The notes below the pieces were generated by a model that was given only the letters and a program-made list of their open reading frames with translations, was not told where the DNA came from and did no database searches. From IMG/VR virus record IMGVR_UViG_3300019458_000043, positions 1 through 52,304 of that record: a stretch of 52,304 bases of DNA; one strand, 5' to 3'. Each line of letters starts with the position of its first letter. The stretch's first letter is position 1. Source of the DNA: a virus. Lineage: Duplodnaviria; Caudoviricetes. Made by a program: the position numbers and the translations under genes. Shown here piece by piece: positions 47,952-52,304 of the stretch.

Positions 47952-48258
47952 GTTCACCGAGCCTCCATAATAGTTGTTGTCGTTGGACACAATCGAACGC
48001 CATCTTACTACACCGTTCTGCCCGCTCGCGGGGCAACGGCGGGCCAAAGTCCAACCCGCCACACCCCACCCCCTTTACACTGACATAACGCTGTTCCCCA
48101 CTTTTAGTAGTTACAGGCCGCTCCACAAATACGACCCTTCCATCCGGCCCTTCCCCACAGATACGCCCACGCTTCATCAAGGCTTTGTTGTTGTCCCCCG
48201 GCAGTGCCGGCCGTATCCGCCCACATTGCGGGCAGACCACATACTGTGTTTCACTCAT
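47767..48258 (-). CDS. Hypothetical Zn-ribbon protein
   Basis: GGGGGG RBS, ATGA coupling; VVCPQCG; the 3' part overlaps the next ORF. Confidence 0.45.
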   Translation of the reverse strand: MSETQYVVCPQCGRIRPALPGDNNKALMKRGRICGEGPDGRVVFVERPVTTKSGEQRYVSVKGVGCGGLDFGPPLPRERAERCSKMAFDCVQRQQLLWRLGEHGAREYHAEVGISASKVETGRETKSGGTTGKAERTAKRQTKAPRAKARQAGRKARQAGRRR

Positions 48259-49412
48259 GCTACACCCCCCTTCGTTTTGCGTTTCGCTGCTTTTACCTCC
48301 TGCTGTTGTCCCTTCACAGCATTGACCAACACCCGCCCCGCCCGTTGGAACTTCGCTCGGTAGTCTTCCCCCATCGGCTTGTTGCACGATACGACCAGCT
48401 GTGTCCACCGCTCGCGGCGGTCATAGCTATGCACCAAAAGATATTCGGCCATCGAAACCGCCTTGCTGCCGTTCCATTCCACCATAACGAGCTTATCCTT
48501 TGCCCGAAGTTGTCTGATGTAATGTTCACCACCAGCACAGTTCTTTAGCATCTTGGCAGCAGTTACCAACTCGGCCGGGTCTTTAACCAACCGAAGAACA
48601 TTGCCCCCAAACTTTACCGAACCCTGGAATGGGAATGGGGCGGAAGCAAACCGCAGCTTACGCATATCTTCCTTTTCGATACGGCGTTGGGCCCAACCCC
48701 GAAAGTCCTCGAACGTGCGACACCGGGCTAACTGTTCTTGGGTTATATGCTCCAACTCATCAAACAGCCCCTCGCCTTCGGCAGCCCACTTCTCCCTATG
48801 TGCTGCCAGGAATTGTAGGACATACGGCGGAAGCCCCTGTTGCACCGCCTCCACGAACCTGCCGGGCAGCCCATACCCTTCAGCCGCCACCATCGTCGGT
48901 GTCGGGAACTCTGTAGCACCGTTCGATAGGTTGAATACCTTGGCTGTAGCTGCCATGACATCGAACGGGCCAAAGTAGAAGAGGTACAAGTCGCGGCCCC
49001 GGTGGCACTGATACCAGTCCGCATAAACAGTATAAATATCCCAGTACCCCATCAGACCAACCCATACATCACTCGGTCGAAACCCAGTGATGTTTTGAAT
49101 GTGATCCAACAAACACTTTTGCTTGGGGTTTACCTTAACGGTCGGTTCCTGCCCCATAAGCCGGTCATAATTGGTAATACCCCCGTACTTGCCGCCAACA
49201 CCGATAAGACCACCACCACGTTTCGGCCCAGGGTCACGAAACATAGCATGTCGCCCCCGCATACCCAACCCATCCAACACAGTCATTGCATACGACTTTG
49301 CCTGTTCCTCCGTATAACCAGCTTCGCAAGCCTTGCGGTAACTATACAAAGTCCGCATGTATTGCAGAACAGTCAGCTTTTCACGCAACGTCGCACTCTT
49401 TGGCAAAGCCAT
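48255..49412 (-). CDS. PcfJ-like domain protein
   Basis: C-terminal ELVTAAKMLKNCAGGEHY...QLVVSCNK resembles the PcfJ EL..EG..M.HCV..Y pattern. Confidence 0.55.
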   Translation of the reverse strand: MALPKSATLREKLTVLQYMRTLYSYRKACEAGYTEEQAKSYAMTVLDGLGMRGRHAMFRDPGPKRGGGLIGVGGKYGGITNYDRLMGQEPTVKVNPKQKCLLDHIQNITGFRPSDVWVGLMGYWDIYTVYADWYQCHRGRDLYLFYFGPFDVMAATAKVFNLSNGATEFPTPTMVAAEGYGLPGRFVEAVQQGLPPYVLQFLAAHREKWAAEGEGLFDELEHITQEQLARCRTFEDFRGWAQRRIEKEDMRKLRFASAPFPFQGSVKFGGNVLRLVKDPAELVTAAKMLKNCAGGEHYIRQLRAKDKLVMVEWNGSKAVSMAEYLLVHSYDRRERWTQLVVSCNKPMGEDYRAKFQRAGRVLVNAVKGQQQEVKAAKRKTKGGVA

Positions 49413-49505
49413 AGTTCATTCCCTTATTTAGAGTTTGCCACAAATAAAAACCACGTTTCCTATCCCGGTCGCCAGCATAATTCCCCAGCGTATATCGCGG
49501 GGGCT

Positions 49506-50543
49506 TTACTGTTCACCCCCCAGCCCCAGCAAAGCCCCAAAGTTGTCAACGTTCTTCCACCCCTGCCTCTCTCGCTTCGGTTGCGGAGCCGCCGCGAGTA
49601 CGTATTCACCTTCCCCCAAAGAAAGCCAAGGGGGGAACCCCCCACCGTGGCCGTTCCGCATTTTCAGTTCGATCTTGTTCGTTACGTTGTAGCGAACCTG
49701 GATATCGTCGCGTAATTCGCCCCCAGGGTGTTCGGCAGTCGCTTCGGTCCTACCATGTCGCAACTCCACATACCGGCCGCCCTCGGTGTACTCTTTGCCC
49801 CGCTGCACCCACCGATGGAGTATCGACTGTACCTCCTCGACGAAGCAACCCTTGCAGAAGTGCTTGTTGGTCCGCCATTTCCCGTTCACGTACTCGCCCC
49901 ATGCCCAGACATTGCCAAGGCCAGTATCTTCGATTTCGTAGTGGGCGTAATACTCCGGTGTACGACCCCCCAGCCGGGCCAGTCGCCTCTTTTCGTATTC
50001 CCGCTTCATCTCGGCCAATGCCCGAAGGGCTAGCAACCCTCGGTTCTTACTCTTTAGGTCGTTCAATACACCGACCACCTTGCGTTCCTCTCGCTTCGGG
50101 GCCTCAACCGGGCCGCCGAAATTGCTGCAAGATACATTCGGGCAGGCCCAGATCGACCCTTTGCCAGCCATATACCTGTTGCGGACACGATGGCCCCGTC
50201 GTTTGTTGGTAACAATTTGTTCTGGCGTAGCCCGCTCCGCAAACGTGCCGCATTCGGGGCAGGGGAACAACCAGTTCATTTCCTCCGCCTTCTCATGGTC
50301 CTCGACCAGTTCCACCGACCCTTGTATTTGCCATCGCCATACGCCAACCTTGCCGGTTCGCTTACCCTCCGATAGTACCTCGACTTGCTGCAACGTCCGC
50401 AACAGCCGCGTATCACTTTGTTGCGACGCTGGGTAAAACTTACGTTCGTAGAGGTTGTACTCGCTGGCGAACTGGGTGTTGCAACCCCCACACTTGGTCC
50501 TTGCGAGGGGCATGAAGTATTCGTTTTGGATGTGCATAGCCAT
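49506..50543 (-). CDS. Hypothetical protein with several CxxC pairs
   Basis: CGGC, CPEC, CPNVSC, CKGC; GGGAG RBS. Confidence 0.65.
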   Translation of the reverse strand: MAMHIQNEYFMPLARTKCGGCNTQFASEYNLYERKFYPASQQSDTRLLRTLQQVEVLSEGKRTGKVGVWRWQIQGSVELVEDHEKAEEMNWLFPCPECGTFAERATPEQIVTNKRRGHRVRNRYMAGKGSIWACPNVSCSNFGGPVEAPKREERKVVGVLNDLKSKNRGLLALRALAEMKREYEKRRLARLGGRTPEYYAHYEIEDTGLGNVWAWGEYVNGKWRTNKHFCKGCFVEEVQSILHRWVQRGKEYTEGGRYVELRHGRTEATAEHPGGELRDDIQVRYNVTNKIELKMRNGHGGGFPPWLSLGEGEYVLAAAPQPKRERQGWKNVDNFGALLGLGGEQ

Positions 50544-50718
50544 AACTATTCTCCCTAGTGTTTGTAGGTACTAAACATTTCCCTGCCAACCTCGCCGCAC
50601 CCCTACGCATCTTCCGGCATGTGTTGGGGGTACAATGGGGTCGGTCGCACTACACGCCGACCCAGCCCCCGCGAGGGCTTGGCCGGGGCTTGGCCCCCAG
50701 TATAACCGATTCGGGGCG

Positions 50719-50916
50719 TCAATACTGACACTCCGAGATCGGTACGAGTGTCATGCACTCGCGGTGATCGTAGCCGGTATGCACGCCACGCCGGCAATAG
50801 TCGCACGCCGAGGCGTGCAGTCCTCTGGTCAGGCCGTAGCGTGCGGCCTCTGTCTCGATTTCGTGTGCAGACCCAGCGGTCAGCAGATCAATTAGCCGGT
50901 CGTATTCTCGCATCAT
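50719..50916 (-). CDS. Small hypothetical protein
   Basis: GGGAG RBS; CDYC...H...HREC. Confidence 0.4.
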   Translation of the reverse strand: MMREYDRLIDLLTAGSAHEIETEAARYGLTRGLHASACDYCRRGVHTGYDHRECMTLVPISECQY

Positions 50917-51053
50917 TTTTCTCCCGGCCCTTGCGGGCCAACTGCGTTTCACCTCGCCAGGTTGCGGCAGTGTGCCGCAAGTACCCGTTGCCGGATGCGA
51001 GCCGGCTTACGCTGACGGGCAGAGCGGATTAGACACCTTGCCTGGTTGGGGGT

Positions 51054-51305
51054 TTACCGCTTTCGCGTTACGATATCCGAAACCTGCCACCCGAAAGATA
51101 GCCACCGACCTGTTGTTGGCTGAATATCCTTCCCTTCTACAGTCCTTGCCAACCGCACCGACCGTTCCTCAATCTCGTAATAACCTTTGACGACAATGTT
51201 CTTCACAGCAGAATCGTCGGCAGGGTAGCAGTAGTCATACCGTAGCATATCCAGCGGGAAGTACCCAACCCCCGTTACTACAAAACTCTGGTAATAACCA
51301 GCCAT
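51054..51305 (-). CDS. Small conserved-looking phage hypothetical protein
   Basis: GAGGTG RBS; FVVTGVGYFPLDMLRYDYCYP...PTTGRWLSFGW. Confidence 0.7.
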   Translation of the reverse strand: MAGYYQSFVVTGVGYFPLDMLRYDYCYPADDSAVKNIVVKGYYEIEERSVRLARTVEGKDIQPTTGRWLSFGWQVSDIVTRKR

Positions 51306-51363
51306 GTCACACCTCATTTGTTGGAGTTGTTGGCGTTTGCCGTGTTAATAAAAACCAGTTCCG

Positions 51364-51392
51364 GGGGCTGGGGTAGCACGATACCCCAGCCC
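51364..51392. terminator. GC-rich hairpin between leftward genes
   Basis: GGGCTGGGGTA-loop-TACCCCAGCCC; on the - strand it is followed by TGGTTTTTATT. Confidence 0.5.
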
Positions 51393-51407
51393 CCACCACT
51401 CGCGACT

Positions 51408-51845
51408 CTACCTTCCCGCTAGCTTGGCAAGTGCCTCTGCCAAGCTACTAGCCTCCACCACAACCAGCCCACGCATCAGCCCAGCCTTTACCCCTTCCCG
51501 CCGCTCGCCGTCGCCAACCCCGGCCTCCTCGAACGCCTCGTTGGTCTCACGCTGCTCGCGTTGCTCGTTGGTGTCACCCGCCACCGGCTGGTCCGCTTCC
51601 CACTCGTGGTCCGCAACCAGTTCCCATTCGCCCAACACGTAGGCGACAACGGGCAGTTTCATCTTTCGTATCGGTCGCCCATACTCATTGTACGAGCCTT
51701 CATCCACCACGTCGCCTTGCAGTGGGACCACCCGGTATGCGTTGACTAACCCACCACCTGCATCATAATACCGATAGCGTTGAATGACCACACCACGCTC
51801 GCCACATCCTACCACAACCCGTTGCCCGATTGCGAAGCTAAACAT
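51408..51845 (-). CDS. Hypothetical protein
   Basis: GGAGGTG RBS; MFSFAIGQRVVV (KOW/SH3-like start). Confidence 0.65.
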   Translation of the reverse strand: MFSFAIGQRVVVGCGERGVVIQRYRYYDAGGGLVNAYRVVPLQGDVVDEGSYNEYGRPIRKMKLPVVAYVLGEWELVADHEWEADQPVAGDTNEQREQRETNEAFEEAGVGDGERREGVKAGLMRGLVVVEASSLAEALAKLAGR

Positions 51846-52088
51846 AGCACACCTCCAAAAAGGGAAAAGAGAAACACAACACAAGACACTACTCGCTATC
51901 ATATCTGCCACAACCACCTGCCCCAGACATCGCCAACGAGGAGGTACCCCGTCGTACTCGCTGCAAAGACCTGCCACCCTGCTTGCCGGTGCTTATAGTT
52001 AGGGCCAGCAAGCTCAGCAACCCATACTAGGTCACACAACGGAATAAACCCCATCTTTGCTTTCCTTATGTAATGTAAGCGTTACCTA

Positions 52089-52167
52089 ACCACCATTCCT
52101 ACCACCATCTTACCACCATTCCTACCACCATCTTACCACCATTCCTACCACCATCTTACCACCATCT
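52089..52167 (+). repeat. Seven ACCACCAT cores in alternating 12/11-bp units (23-bp period)
   Basis: (ACCACCATTCCT ACCACCATCTT)x3 plus ACCACCATCT. Confidence 0.95.
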
Positions 52168-52304
52168 ACACGCCGACCCGGACCAGGGGGTAGTGGGGGG
52201 CGGCCTAGCCGCCGGGGTTGGGCAGGCTGGGGGGACCGGGCAGGCTGGGCGGACTAGGCCCCTTGGGGCGTGCGTCGGAGATACGCAGGCAAACGGACCC
52301 ACGC

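Noticed and set aside
44623-52002. Long + strand ORFs in the right arm (e.g. 46342-47073, 46760-47569, 49002-49715)
   Set aside because: They are antisense shadows of motif-bearing - strand genes.
1213-52167. CRISPR array at either tandem repeat, or Cas4 role for 4950-6206
   Set aside because: The repeats have no unique spacers, there is no cas operon, and the nuclease sits in a typical exonuclease-AAA-SSB recombination module.
52168-52304. Circular join or terminal repeat with base 1
   Set aside because: No shared sequence between the ends, and continuing the ParB-like frame across the join gives implausible Pro-rich sequence, so the window looks incomplete.
1-52304. tRNA, rRNA, integrase or transposase genes
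   Set aside because: No cloverleaf with T-loop consensus and no recombinase or transposase motifs recognised by eye; tRNAscan and HMM searches would be needed to exclude them fully.

Overview
The window is most of the genome of a tailed dsDNA (siphovirus-like) bacteriophage. The host is probably a Planctomycete, inferred from a csrA paralogue, a cohesin-like domain and a secreted trypsin-like protease with a CPGGNCP motif. Layout from left to right: (1) a truncated leftward ParB-like gene and a divergent control region with tandem repeats and a structured leader (1-2035). (2) A rightward DNA-metabolism block (2036-18100) with family-4 UDG, thermonuclease, PD-(D/E)XK nucleases, AAA ATPase, SSB, family-A DNA polymerase, primase-helicase and CsrA. 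This block includes a thymidine-modification cluster: aGPT-Pplase1-like protein, MazG-like NTPases and a dUMP hydroxymethylase-like thymidylate synthase. (3) A rightward morphogenesis block (18316-44182) with lambda-like terminase and portal, a protease-capsid fusion, tail genes and tape measure, ending in a Cys/Thr-rich protein and two GT2 glycosyltransferases. (4) A leftward arm (44590-51845) with a UvrD-like helicase and a PcfJ-like protein. The most striking signal is a candidate virion O-glycosylation system. The capsid decoration protein and the major tail protein both end in poly-Thr tags, a mucin-like Cys/Thr protein carries about ten Thr tracts, and that gene is followed directly by the glycosyltransferases. 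Two short DNA motifs (AATAAAAACCA and TCCCC(C)AAA(A)GA) recur across the window almost only on the + strand, whatever the gene direction. No integrase, endolysin, tRNA or CRISPR array was recognised. All protein calls come from motifs read by eye; no database search was run.
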